The position numbers and the translations under genes were made by a program. Below, piece by piece: positions 48,561-59,925 of a stretch of DNA of 64,000 nt. Below the pieces are notes generated by a model. That model was not told where the DNA came from and did not search any database. It saw only the letters and a program-made list of their open reading frames with translations. Source of the stretch: Dictyostelium discoideum (Eukaryota); assembly GCA_000004695.1 (NCBI GenBank), contig CM000155.2, forward strand, positions 3,232,001-3,296,000, written 5' to 3'. Numbering within the stretch: position 1 is the stretch's first letter; every line of letters starts with the position of its first letter.

Positions 48561-50352
48561 TAATAAATCAATTTTACAACAATTAGGATTTTTAGTTGCA
48601 AGACAAAAAATTGTACCAGATAATTTTAATTATGATTCAATTAGTGATATTATAAATAATTCAAAATTAAGTGAATACTTTATGAATTTAGCAACTGATT
48701 TAGATATTAGAGAACCAAAATTACCAGAGGAAATTTTCCAATCTCATTTAGATTCAACCAGTGCAATTGCAGATTCAGCAAGAATGAATTTAGCTTCATC
48801 ATTTGTAAATGCCTTTGTTAATGCTGGTTTCGGTAAAGATAAATTGATGACCGCTGAAGAAGATACAAAATGGTGGTTCAAGAATAGAGAATTGGGTATC
48901 CTTTCAACTGTTGCTTCAACTGGTATGGTTGTACTTTGGGATATTGATGGTGGTTTAACAAAGATTGATAAATTTTTATACTCTCAAGAGAAACATTGTA
49001 GCAATGGTGCTTTGATGGCTATTGGTATGTTAACAAGTGGTATTAGAAGTGAAATGGATCCAGCACTCTCTCTATTGGCCGAACATATCAATAGTTCAAA
49101 CACTGGTACTCGTATTTCTGCCATCTTTGGTTTGGGTTTAGCCTATGCCGGCACACAAAGACAAGATCTCATGAGCTTACTCTCACCATGTCTCGACGAT
49201 GATAAGGAGAAGATGGAATTTATTGGTATCGTTGGTTTAGCTTTGGGTTTAATTTTCATTGGTTCTTGTGATCCTGAATTATCAACCCTCTTTGTACAAA
49301 CTCTTATTCAACGTGGTACCGCCGCAAGCGAATCTCATGCTCGTTTCCTTCATTTGGGTTTAGGTTTACTTTACCTCGGTAAACAAGATGCCGCCGAGTT
49401 GGCCTTGGAAACATTGAAAGCCATCGAAGGTAAAGGTGGTGAGTATGCCCGTCTTACAGTTGAAGCTTGCGCTTACGCAGGTACTGGTAATGTATTGAAG
49501 GTTCAAAATATGCTCCATTTCTGTAGTGATGGCCAAGAAAATCCACATCATGGTTTAGCCGTACTCTCAATCGCTTTGATTGCAATGGGTGAAGAGTTGG
49601 GTTCAGATATGTGTCTCAGAATGTTTGATCATCTCCTTCAAAAGGGTAATGTACACATTAAACGTGCTATCCCATTGGCATTGGGTTTATTATCACCATC
49701 AAATCCACGTATTGCCATTATGGATATTCTTAGTAAACTTTCACATGACAATGATCCAGAAGTTGCTCAAGGTGCCATCCTTTCATTGGGTTTGATTGGT
49801 GCTGGTACAAATAATGCTCGTATTGGTGGTATGTTAAGAGCTTTAGCCGTTTTCTATGGTAAAGATGTCCATTTATTCTTTGTTCGTATCGCTCAAGGTT
49901 TACTTCATTTAGGTAAGGGTACCATGACTATCAATCCATATCATAGTGATCGTACTTTAATGTCACCAGTGGCAGTGGGTGGTTTATTAGCTCTCTTACA
50001 TGCTGGTCTCGACATTAAAAATATCCTCTCAACTCAATCTCACTATTTATTCTTTTCAATCGTTTGTAGTATGTATCCACGTATGTTAATGACCCTCGAT
50101 GAGGATCTTAAACCATTACCAGTAAGCGTTCGTGTTGGTCAATCCGTTGATATCGTTGGTTTAGCAGGAAAACCAAAAACAATCACTGGTTTCCAAACTC
50201 ATACAACTCCAGTACTCTTGGGTTATAACGAACGTGCTGAACTCGCCACTGATGATTACATTCCACTCACAAACATCTTAGAAGGTATTGTAATTCTTAA
50301 ACCAAATCCAAATGCATCTGTAACTTCACCATTAGCTTCAAAAAAAAATTAA
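48561..50352 (+). CDS. psmD2: Rpn1/PSMD2, exon 3 of 3 (PC repeats, ...SARMNLASSFVNAFVNAGFG...YHSDR...TITGFQTHTTPVLL...). Total protein is about 893 aa.
   Basis: Acceptor aaaaAG at 48559-48560, phase 2 (AA+T = Asn). High identity to PSMD2 throughout. Confidence 0.9.
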
Positions 50353-50656
50353 ATTAAAAAAAGTAAAAATAAATTTAAATAAATAAATAATTAAATAAAA
50401 TATAAATATAAATAAAAAAAAAAAAAATTAAAAAAAAAAAATCTTTTATGAGAATAAAATAATAATAAAATTATTATTAAAATTTATCTATAAATAAAAA
50501 AAATAAAAAAAAATAAAAAAAAATACAAATAATTATAAAAAAATAAAAATTAAATAAAAAATTAAATTGTGAATTAATTTTTTGTTTATGTGTTAGTTTT
50601 TTTTTTTTAATAATTATTGTTCATTAATTTTATTTGGGGTTAAAAAAAAAAAAAAA

Positions 50657-51193
50657 ATGAAAATAATATTAATATTGTTATTTATATCTATAATCTTAAA
50701 TTCAAGTTTTGCAATGTTCAAATTATCAAATTTTTATGGATTACAAAGAACTAGTGAAGATTCATACATATTAACAAATTTGAATAATCCATTGAATGTA
50801 ATTCACATTTCCAAAGATTTATTGGTATCAGTATCTTTTAATAGTATTAAAGAGAATATTAACAATTTAGAGATTTCATCAACAAATAATCATGATTATA
50901 AATTAATTGTATTTGGAAGTATGACACAATCAACTCATAATTTTAATAATAAATTTAACATTGTTACAATGTATAAAAAAGAAACCAATAATAATGATAA
51001 TAATGGATATTTCTATACAATAGATAATGATATTTTATCACAAATTGGTAGTATTAATAAAATTAAAGTTTCAACAATCCAAAACTCTAATGGTAAATCA
51101 ATTAAATTAGATAATACTTCAAATTTATTACTTCAAGGAAATTTAGAAGATAATAAATTAAGTTTAATTAATATTTACAGTGAATTAAATTAA
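50657..51193 (+). CDS. Secreted hypothetical protein (178 aa) with an N-terminal signal peptide.
   Basis: Hydrophobic MKIILILLFISIILNSSFA start. No family recognised. Confidence 0.45.
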   Translation: MKIILILLFISIILNSSFAMFKLSNFYGLQRTSEDSYILTNLNNPLNVIHISKDLLVSVSFNSIKENINNLEISSTNNHDYKLIVFGSMTQSTHNFNNKFNIVTMYKKETNNNDNNGYFYTIDNDILSQIGSINKIKVSTIQNSNGKSIKLDNTSNLLLQGNLEDNKLSLINIYSELN

Positions 51194-51368
51194 TTTTAAT
51201 TTTAATAATATTGATAATAAAAATAATAAAAATTAAATAAATAAATAGATTAAAAGACATTATTTTTATTTTTTATTTTTTATTTTATTTTATTTATTTT
51301 ATTTATTTAATTTATTTATATATTTTATTTTTATTTTTATTTTTATTTTTATTTTTATGTTATTAAAT

Positions 51369-54300
51369 TTATTTTGAAGAAATTAAATCTAATAAAGAAA
51401 TTGGAATTGAATTAAATAATTCAGTATCTTGTAAAATTTTTAATCTATTTTTACCAATATAACCTAATAAATAATTGAATAAAAATGCTAATTGTAAAGA
51501 ATATTTTGATTTGTGAATAAGAGTAAATAGTATACAAGCTTGTTTCAAATCAATTGATTTCTTTAGAATTCCAAATAATTCATTTGTAAGTTTATAATTA
51601 CCAAAACTAGTTGTTAAGAATAATAAATCTAAAATTTCATCACCAGAATTAATATTTAAATCTTTAGTAGTTTTTAAGAAAGATTTTTCAATTAACTCTT
51701 TTGAGAAACCAAATAATTGAATTGTATTATCATTTCCATTTTCTTTATTTGAAATTAATTCATATAAATATGGTGGTAAACATGCACTAGTTGTAGAAAT
51801 AATTGATTTTGTAAATTCATCATTTGAATTTTCTTGTTCTTGTTGTTTCTCATCATCACTACCTGAAAGTTTATTTTTTAATAATGAATCAATAAAATCA
51901 TAATTTTTGAAAAACCATAAGGATGATGATGATGAATTATAAACTTCAATTGTAATTGGTTTATCAACTTTTAATGAATTATTATTATTATTATCGTTAT
52001 TATTATTATTTAAACCATTTGGATGTAAAGGGAAATTTGATAAATCGTTCCAATACATTGAAGCATAGAAACCAGCTTTTGCATTATTATATTTATTAGA
52101 ATCAGAGATTAAAGTTGGGTTATAACAAAATTTTCTAGAACCTTCAACTAATTGATTTAGATCAGCACAACCCATACCATAGATTTTATTATTTTCAGTA
52201 ACAGCTATCCAATGACTACTACCACAAGATATTTTCTTAATAATTGTATTTTCATCAGGGAATGGTAAAGTGATTTGTTGAATTGGTTTTCTAGATCTGT
52301 CACTACCAATGCCCAATTGATAAAGTTTATTATCAACAGTTAAAGCCAACATTAATTTTGCACCAACAGCAACGTCAACGAATTTTTCATGTTTTGCAAC
52401 ATGTGTTGGAGTTTGTTGATTAGCAGGGGATTGATTTAAAGGGAATGGTAAAAAAGTTGGATCATAATGTTCAGAATTAATAAATTCAACATGTAAACTA
52501 ATGAAACATTTAATGAATCTTTCTAATGAGTAAGAATTATTTTTTGACCATAAAAGTAAAGAGATTGCATTCTCTTTAGTAATAGAATTTGAAATTAATT
52601 TCAATAAACCATCTTTAAATCTTGTCAACTTTAATTGATCACTAGTTGAACATAATGATAAAACAAAATCACCAGTTACAATTTCTTGTGGTAATAAATC
52701 AAATTTAATACGATCACAATATAAATATGCAATAATTAATATTAAATGATTATCTGGTATTGTTTTATCATTTAATTTAATTTCATTTGAATCATTTGAA
52801 TCATTTGAATTATCTATTTGATCAACTAATAATAAATTTTTAAAATAATTTAAACGTGAAATTAAAATTGATTTATGAGCTTTAATTTTAATTTTACCAT
52901 CATTTGAAATGATTGTACAATCGGATAAATTATCATCATCATTATTAAATCTTTTTAATAATTTACTTGGTATTGATAAATCTGATTCCTCTTGAATTAT
53001 ATTGAATGAAGTTTCATTTAAATAATTTGTTAATTGTTTACAATTGAAAAGTTTAGAATATTGAAAAAGTATTTTCATATTTCTTTTTGAAGTTGTATTT
53101 GTATAAATGAATGAAATGAAATCAATGAATGAATTTGAAAATAATTGATTCTCTTCAATTAATTGATCAAGTATTATTTTTTTATTTGATTCTTTATTAA
53201 AATCATCATCATCATCACCTTTACCATTATAATTCTTTGTTTTAATTACTAAATTTAAAAATTCAATAATATCAATTTTAACGATTTTATTAATTGATTT
53301 TAATTTTAATTGAATTAATTGATTTAATAATTCATCATTTTCTAAAATTGTTAAAAGTATTAAATGACAATAAGCTATTTCTTCAGTATTTTTATCTTTA
53401 CCAAATGTAATATGTAAATCTGAAAATTGTTTATTATTAATTAAATATGAATAATCTCTAGTTATTGATGAGGATGCAACCAATATTGATGGCAAATACT
53501 TTTTATCCGGTTCAATTGTGAATAGTGGTGGTGGTGAGGCTGTAGTTTCTTCAATACCAAGTTGAAAACGATCATTTCTACCACAAACAAATAGGTTACC
53601 ATTCTTTGTAATGAATGCACTATTAAAACCACCTGCTGAAATTTTTAAAATTTCAGAATCATTTTCATTATTATTTCTAGTATAATCATTAATATAATAA
53701 TTATTACTATTATTATTATTATTAATTTCACCATTATAATTTATAAATTCAATTGGTGTTGGTGTTTTAATATTTCCATTATTTGAAGTAACTATACCGA
53801 TTGAGTTAAATGTATTGGCACCCCAACCATAAACAGAGCCATCGGTTGCCAAAGCGATACAATGGTGATGACCAGATGCAATTTTTTTAATTGGTTTTTT
53901 CATTGGGTATGGATGAGTTGGCGATGCTTGACCATTTGAACAAACTTCAAAAAATAAACCCCAATTCCAAACCATACCATTACTATCTAAAATCGAACTA
54001 AAATAACGACCACATGAAATTGATTTAATTGGTGTTTTAAATTTAAAAATTCTATCTCTAACAAATAAATCACTTGAGAATAAATAATATTGAAAATTTA
54101 AATCGTCATAAAAATTATATACTGAATTTTTTTCGTCACCATTAACTCCTTTCTGGTCATCACAACTTTCATCATCAGTATTGGTGGTTGTAAATTTAAT
54201 TCTTTTCGATTCTCTTTGTTCTAAAGTTTCATTTTCAAATTGAACTGAAACAGATCTATTTCTACTTAATACCATATCAGAGATATTATCACTTTGATTC

Positions 54301-54476
54301 ATTATTTGCATTGTTTCGGGATGATTAGTTGTAGTTTTACTCTTATATTGATAATTATTTGTTACAGATTTTGATCCACTTGATGATTTTAAATAATAAC
54401 ATCTATAAAGTAATGACATTAAATTAAATTTAATTGATCCTTTGATTTCATTGGTTTTTAATTCATTTTCAATCAT
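51369..54476 (-). CDS. RCC1-repeat and BTB/POZ domain protein (1035 aa from the first ATG). Two RCC1 blade regions flank a BTB segment (DCTIISNDGKIKIKAHKSILISRLNYFKNLL).
   Basis: RCC1 signatures (CGxxHxxAL, GWGANTFNSIG, YGMGCADLNQL) and a BTB core, read directly. Architecture resembles RCBTB/IBtk-type proteins. Confidence 0.75.
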   Translation of the reverse strand: MIENELKTNEIKGSIKFNLMSLLYRCYYLKSSSGSKSVTNNYQYKSKTTTNHPETMQIMNQSDNISDMVLSRNRSVSVQFENETLEQRESKRIKFTTTNTDDESCDDQKGVNGDEKNSVYNFYDDLNFQYYLFSSDLFVRDRIFKFKTPIKSISCGRYFSSILDSNGMVWNWGLFFEVCSNGQASPTHPYPMKKPIKKIASGHHHCIALATDGSVYGWGANTFNSIGIVTSNNGNIKTPTPIEFINYNGEINNNNNSNNYYINDYTRNNNENDSEILKISAGGFNSAFITKNGNLFVCGRNDRFQLGIEETTASPPPLFTIEPDKKYLPSILVASSSITRDYSYLINNKQFSDLHITFGKDKNTEEIAYCHLILLTILENDELLNQLIQLKLKSINKIVKIDIIEFLNLVIKTKNYNGKGDDDDDFNKESNKKIILDQLIEENQLFSNSFIDFISFIYTNTTSKRNMKILFQYSKLFNCKQLTNYLNETSFNIIQEESDLSIPSKLLKRFNNDDDNLSDCTIISNDGKIKIKAHKSILISRLNYFKNLLLVDQIDNSNDSNDSNEIKLNDKTIPDNHLILIIAYLYCDRIKFDLLPQEIVTGDFVLSLCSTSDQLKLTRFKDGLLKLISNSITKENAISLLLWSKNNSYSLERFIKCFISLHVEFINSEHYDPTFLPFPLNQSPANQQTPTHVAKHEKFVDVAVGAKLMLALTVDNKLYQLGIGSDRSRKPIQQITLPFPDENTIIKKISCGSSHWIAVTENNKIYGMGCADLNQLVEGSRKFCYNPTLISDSNKYNNAKAGFYASMYWNDLSNFPLHPNGLNNNNNDNNNNNSLKVDKPITIEVYNSSSSSLWFFKNYDFIDSLLKNKLSGSDDEKQQEQENSNDEFTKSIISTTSACLPPYLYELISNKENGNDNTIQLFGFSKELIEKSFLKTTKDLNINSGDEILDLLFLTTSFGNYKLTNELFGILKKSIDLKQACILFTLIHKSKYSLQLAFLFNYLLGYIGKNRLKILQDTELFNSIPISLLDLISSK

Positions 54477-54627
54477 TGGTATAATTGTATCAACATTTCT
54501 ACCTTTTAAACATAATTTACCTAAAATTAAAATTAACTAAAAAATTTAAAAAAATTAGTATATTTTTGATTGGGAAAAAAAAAAAAAATAAAAAAATAAA
54601 AAAAAAAGTATTTTTTAATTGAGGCAC

Positions 54628-54763
54628 CTACTTTATATTTAAATTCATTATTATCTGTTATTGTTGTTAATTTTTTATTAATTAATCTAATAGCTTTAAT
54701 TAGAAGATTGGATTTAAATAAATCTGAAATTTCTGTAAAAAATTGTTTTTGTTCAATATCCAT
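54628..54763 (-). CDS. Possible 5' exon of the RCC1-BTB gene (MDIEQKQFFTEISDLFKSNLLIKAIRLINKKLTTITDNNEFKYKV). Donor choice is ambiguous (aaa|GTAGGT versus g|GTGCCT).
   Basis: An ATG ORF 60 bp upstream. The downstream frame is open from a ttttAG acceptor into MIENELK. Only the weak donor keeps the frame. Confidence 0.3.
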
Positions 54764-55473
54764 TATTTTTTTAAGAATAGATATAGGAAAAAAAAAAATT
54801 TTATAAAAATATGTTATAACAATAATAAAGAAAAAAAAAAAAAAAAAAAGTGAGAAAAAAAAAAAAAATTTTCAAGAAAAATATAAGATTTTTTTTCTAT
54901 TTTTTTTGTTATTTTTGATTAAAAAAAAAAAATTGAAAATATCTATTTTTGAGAGTAAGAAATGTTTTGAGGCAGAAAAAAAAAATAGTTTTTCTTTTTT
55001 TTTTTTAATTTTATTTTTCATCCATTTTTTTTAACAATTATTTAAATTTATTTTTAATATGAATTTAATAGATATATAGAATACCCAAATTACACAAAAT
55101 AATATTAAATAAAAAAAAAAATGAATGCAAACATTCTGTTTTTTTAATTTTTTTTTCTTTTTTTTTTTTTTTTTCTAATCAAAAATTATTTTTAGAATTT
55201 AATTATTTATTTACCAATTTTTTATAATTGATTTTATTTTTTATAATTGATTTTATTTTTTATTTTTATTTTTTTTTTTTTTCAATGTCAAATTTGACAT
55301 GTTATTATTTTTTTTTTTTTTTTTGATTAAAAAAAATTAAAAAAAAAATAATAAAAATAACTATTAAAATAAAAAATAAAATAGGTAACATCTATTTTTA
55401 ATTTTAATTTTTAAATATATTTGTTTTTTTTATTTTTTTATTTTTATTTTTTTTATTTTTTTTTATTTTCAAT

Positions 55474-56018
55474 TCACATGATTTTACAAGATTGGTTTTT
55501 ATTTTTCTTTGGAAACGAAGATGGCGAATAAGAGATTGAAGTTATTGAAGACAAAGAAGATGAAGATGATGAAGTTATTGAAGAAGAAGAACAACTTAAG
55601 GATGATAATGATGATGATGATGATAATAATAAGAAATTTTGAAAATTATTTATAATTATAGTTAAGTTTATGAAAATATCCATTATTCTAATATTAAATT
55701 TTGCAGATGATTCAATGAAATGATTTGAGGTATAACCTAAATCAATTGCTAATTTTTCACCTTGTTCAGGTAATATTAAACGTTGTACTGATAGATCACA
55801 TTTATTACCGACGATTATCAACGGTACTTGTTTAGTTTCTCTAATTTTTTGAATCTCTGAATGAATGACCTTAATTTCTTCAAATGATTGAATTGAATCA
55901 ACTGAATATAATAATATAAATCCATTTGCATTTTTTATATTCTTTTTTCTAATTTCTTTATTTTGAATAGACTGATTACCACTATCAATCATTTTTAAAA
56001 TATAATCATTTGGTATAC

Positions 56019-56097
<79 letters not shown>

Positions 56098-56303
56098 ATT
56101 ATTATTTAAATTTTTATTATTATTATTATCATTTTCAATTGTAATTAATTTTTTATAAATTTGATCTAAAAAAGTTTCAAAATATTTTCCATCGTTTAAA
56201 AATTGACATATTATACTTGATTCTCCAGTTTTTTTACTTCCTAAAATTAAAATTTCATATTCTTTGATTTTATTTTTATTAAAATTATTGTTATAATTAT
56301 TAT

Positions 56304-56307
<4 letters not shown>
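55474..56307 (-). CDS. Ras-like small GTPase (277 aa). Atypical P-loop GSKKTGES, a ~60-residue Asn-rich insertion, a Ser-rich tail and C-terminal CAAX (CKIM).
   Basis: G3 DSGNQ, G4 VGNKCDL, G5 ESSAKF. Terminal CKIM. Confidence 0.7.
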
Positions 56308-56356
<49 letters not shown>

Positions 56357-56366
56357 AAATTATATT

Positions 56367-56726
56367 TTAGATATTACCATCACCAAAATTTGTTGCAACC
56401 ATTGGTTTACCACGATGAGCTAAATAAATGTCATATCCTTTTGATTGAATAAGATTTGTTTTAAATTCATAATGATGTTTTGCTTCATAATTATCACATT
56501 TATGAACTGGATGACAAATGAAAACATTTAAATTTTGAGCAACATAATGATTTACAACACCTTGAGTGAAATCAGATTGTGAACAATTTGGAGTACCTTT
56601 AAAAATATTTTCCAAATCTGCAAAGACCTTATTAAAATCTATATCAATTGAAATATCAGTTTGTACATTTGGTTGAATTTGATTGGTTTCATTGACTGAA
56701 TTTGATTTTTTAATTTTTGAATTCAT
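56367..56726 (-). CDS. Hypothetical protein (119 aa).
   Basis: Intact ORF with normal composition. No family recognised. Confidence 0.35.
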   Translation of the reverse strand: MNSKIKKSNSVNETNQIQPNVQTDISIDIDFNKVFADLENIFKGTPNCSQSDFTQGVVNHYVAQNLNVFICHPVHKCDNYEAKHHYEFKTNLIQSKGYDIYLAHRGKPMVATNFGDGNI

Positions 56727-57578
56727 TTTTTTTTTTTTGTTTTTTTGTTTATTTATTATTTATTATTATTAATATTAACAATCTATAATTGAAATGAAAA
56801 AATTGAAAAAAATAAATAAAACAATTTATAGTTTTTTTTTAAAAAATTATAAAAATTAAAATTTATTTTAAAATAAATTTATAAAAAATGGAGGTAATGA
56901 TTTTAATTATTTATAAATCTGATAAAAAAAGAGGGTTTAAATATTCTAATTATAAATATTTTAAAAAAATTTTAAATCTGGGGTTAAAAAATAAAAATAG
57001 AATAAAAAAATTAATGTTTTACCTTTTTCTAATTTCAGAAAAAAAGTGTTTTTTTTTGTATATCCACCTCCATCCTAATTTTTTTCACAAATCCAATATA
57101 TCCATTTTTTAAAATAAATTATTATTATTATTATTTTTTTTTTTAATAACATTGTCATTAAAGATAAATAAAAAACTATAACCAAACAGAAAAATAATAA
57201 AAATAATAATATTAATAACCCCTCAAACAAAAAAAACAAAATATATATTTTTTAAATAATTTTTTCATTTTACCATTTTATTTATTTTTTAATATTAATT
57301 TTTTTTTTTTTACCATCTATAATTATTTTTAAAAGATCAACAATCACTTTAATGTTTGGTATCAAAAGTTTATTTATAAATATTCAAATAATGATAAAGA
57401 AATAAAAAGGAAAGTTTTTTTTTTTTTTTTTGTATATATTAAAAAAATGAATTTATTTTTAAATAAATTAGATTAATGAACAATTTTGAGTTTTATTATT
57501 TAAAATAAAACAAAATAGTTATTATGATAATAATTTGTAGAGATTGTTTATTGAGGGTGTGGAATGATTTTTACAATT

Positions 57579-58259
57579 TTAGAAAGATAAGGAATTGAAC
57601 AATGGTTTTGTACCACCACCTGGAATGATTACGTGACCATACATTGAATGTAATTCAATGTCATTAGCAATGGCTAAGAAAATATCTCTTGGTTGAATTA
57701 AAGTTCTCTTGGCTGATACTGCCCCATTACTAGATAACTCTAATATTTCAGAAAGCAAATATTCAATAACAGCTGATAAATAATGCATTGAAGAATTTGA
57801 AATTCTGTAATTATAATTCATTTGTTTTACCTTTGTTTTTAAATAAGAATGTGGGATTATTGGTGGGTGGGAAATTGGTGGAGCAGGAATTGAAGAAGGG
57901 GATGAAGGAGTGGCGGTTTTTGCTGGTGGTGGTTGTGGTGGATATTGCTTTGCGGAATTAAAATTTGTAACTCTTTTAACACCTTCAGAGACTGCATGTC
58001 TTGAAATTTCACCAACAGTACATAAACGAACGGAAGTTTGAACGTCACGTGCACTTAAGGTTCTTTTATTTGAAAGTTGTACTAAATGAAATGCTTCATT
58101 CATAATACTAATTGTTGTATCTCTAATTAAACTAGTTAAAATTTGAACACTCTTAACTTGAATTCTACATGCTGGATTAATTTGTTTAATTAACTTTTTG
58201 ATGTAAATTCCTTCTCTTACATGTGTATGCTGTGTTGATCGTCTTCCTCTATGTCTCAT
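57579..58259 (-). CDS. Histone doublet: N-terminal H2B-like histone fold, Pro-rich linker, C-terminal H2A-like histone fold (226 aa).
   Basis: Residues 15-105 align to the H2B core (IYIKKLIKQINP..., ...RTLSARDVQTSVRL..., GEISRHAVSEGVKRVTNF...SAK). Residues 150-226 align to H2A (NYNYRISNSSMHYLSAVIEYLLSEILELSSNGA...RTLIQPRDIFLAIANDIEL...VIIPGGG). Confidence 0.8.
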   Translation of the reverse strand: MRHRGRRSTQHTHVREGIYIKKLIKQINPACRIQVKSVQILTSLIRDTTISIMNEAFHLVQLSNKRTLSARDVQTSVRLCTVGEISRHAVSEGVKRVTNFNSAKQYPPQPPPAKTATPSSPSSIPAPPISHPPIIPHSYLKTKVKQMNYNYRISNSSMHYLSAVIEYLLSEILELSSNGAVSAKRTLIQPRDIFLAIANDIELHSMYGHVIIPGGGTKPLFNSLSF

Positions 58260-59079
58260 CTCTCTTTTTTTTTTTTAATTTGAAAAAATAAAATAAATGT
58301 ATTAAAAAAAAAAAAAAAAAATTAATTTTTAGAAAAAAAAAAGAAAATTATTTTTTTTAAAAAAAAAAAAAAATAAATAAAAAAAATAAAAAAAAATAAA
58401 ACAAATTTAATTTATAGGAAATATGAAAATATCTGTAAAAATTTGAATGAATGAAAAAAAAAATATCTTTTCAAAAACAAATTTTAAAAAAAATTCGAAA
58501 ACACATCATCGCCAATATTAGGAAATTTTTATCCAAATTTTTGAGTTATTTAAAGATATTTTTTTGATAATATTTAATAATATACATATATATTTTTTCT
58601 TTTAGTTTTTGTTTTTTATAATATTAAAAAAAAAAAAAAAAAAAAAAGCTTAATTATTTTATTTAATTTTAAAAACTATCATATTTAAAACTCAATATAA
58701 TAATACAACATTTTAAAATTCATTAACAGATAATTATCTCAAAAATAATAATTGAATTACATTTTAAAATTAAATTTCCCCAATAAAAAAAAAAAAAAAA
58801 AAAAAAAAAGAAAAAATTTAAAATTTTAATTAATTTTTTAATGAATGATTATTTTTTTTTTTTTAAATTTTATAGTTTTTATTGTTATCTAAAATAACTC
58901 ACTATCATTCTCAAGTATTCTTGACCTATTAATAAATTTAATTTTAAAAAAAAAAAGAAAAATTGTAAAACACCAGAACAAAAAGTTTTTTAAAAAAATT
59001 TTATGGGATGGGGAATTGGTATAAAACAAAAACCAACCTTTCTTTTTTTAAATAAGTAAAATAAATAAAATAAAATAAA

Positions 59080-59424
59080 ATGTCATCAAATAATAAACCA
59101 AATTTAGAAGCAGTTATTAAAGGTATTCAAACTAATAAAATATTAGAAGTATTTGATAAATATTATCATCAAGATATAATTATGTATGAAAAGGGTGATT
59201 CAACTAACCGTGTTGGTAAAGCTGCAAATCGTAAAGCTGAAGAATCTTTTGTTAATAATGCAACAATCCATGAAGCAAAATTATTAAAACTACTAGTTGA
59301 TGCTAATAATACAGCATATGAAATGTATATGGATTTTACATATGGTGGACATCGTATTAAAAAGAGCCAATGGGCCGTTCAACAATGTTCAAATGTTTTA
59401 ATTATCAAAGAGGAATTTTATTAA
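59080..59424 (+). CDS. Hypothetical protein (114 aa).
   Basis: Intact ORF. No family recognised. Confidence 0.35.
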   Translation: MSSNNKPNLEAVIKGIQTNKILEVFDKYYHQDIIMYEKGDSTNRVGKAANRKAEESFVNNATIHEAKLLKLLVDANNTAYEMYMDFTYGGHRIKKSQWAVQQCSNVLIIKEEFY

Positions 59425-59594
59425 TTTATATTTTTTGAAAATGCACAATAAAACTTAATAAAAATAAAGAACATACAAATTTTTATAATCTTATTTAAAA
59501 ACTGAGTTGAATTTTTATTTTATTTCTTACCAGAGTACTTAAAAGGCCTGAGGTCAATTTAATAAAACTAATTTTGAGAATTGTTTTAAGTATA

Positions 59595-59605
59595 GAATCG
59601 AACCC
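59595..59605 (-). promoter_or_regulatory. External B box (GGGTTCGATTC on the minus strand), 29 nt downstream of tRNA-Glu.
   Basis: B-box consensus match outside the tRNA body. Confidence 0.6.
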
Positions 59606-59633
59606 TCGACTAATATCAGTTAGTTTGAAAAAG

Positions 59634-59705
59634 CTCCCCATTCGGGAATCGAACCCGAGGTACCAGTGTGAAAGACTAGAGTGTTACCGACTACACCAAT
59701 GAGGA
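59634..59705 (-). tRNA. tRNA-Glu (anticodon TTC).
   Basis: Minus-strand cloverleaf: acceptor TCCTCAT/ATGGGGA, D-arm GTGT...ACAC, anticodon stem CTAGT/ACTGG with loop CTTTCAC, T-arm TCGGG-TTCGATT-CCCGA. Confidence 0.85.
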
Positions 59706-59824
59706 TTTGGTTGAAACTTTGTTTTCAATAATTTAATAAATTGGTTTTTTCTGAGATCGAAAAAACAAAAAAGATGTTTTAATCAAAAGTAATAATACAA
59801 TTCAAAATTTGAAACAAAAAAAAA

Positions 59825-59925
59825 AGTAAACTAACCCCTCTTTTAGAGACCCTGTAAATAAACTACAAATAAACTGAGATCTAGCATCTCAAGGAGGAGC
59901 AACTAATAATTGCGTTATTTCAAAA
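59825..59925 (-). repeat. ~100-bp repeat (copy B), 120 bp upstream of tRNA-Glu in the same relative orientation as copy A is to tRNA-Asn.
   Basis: See 2521-2630. Confidence 0.75.
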
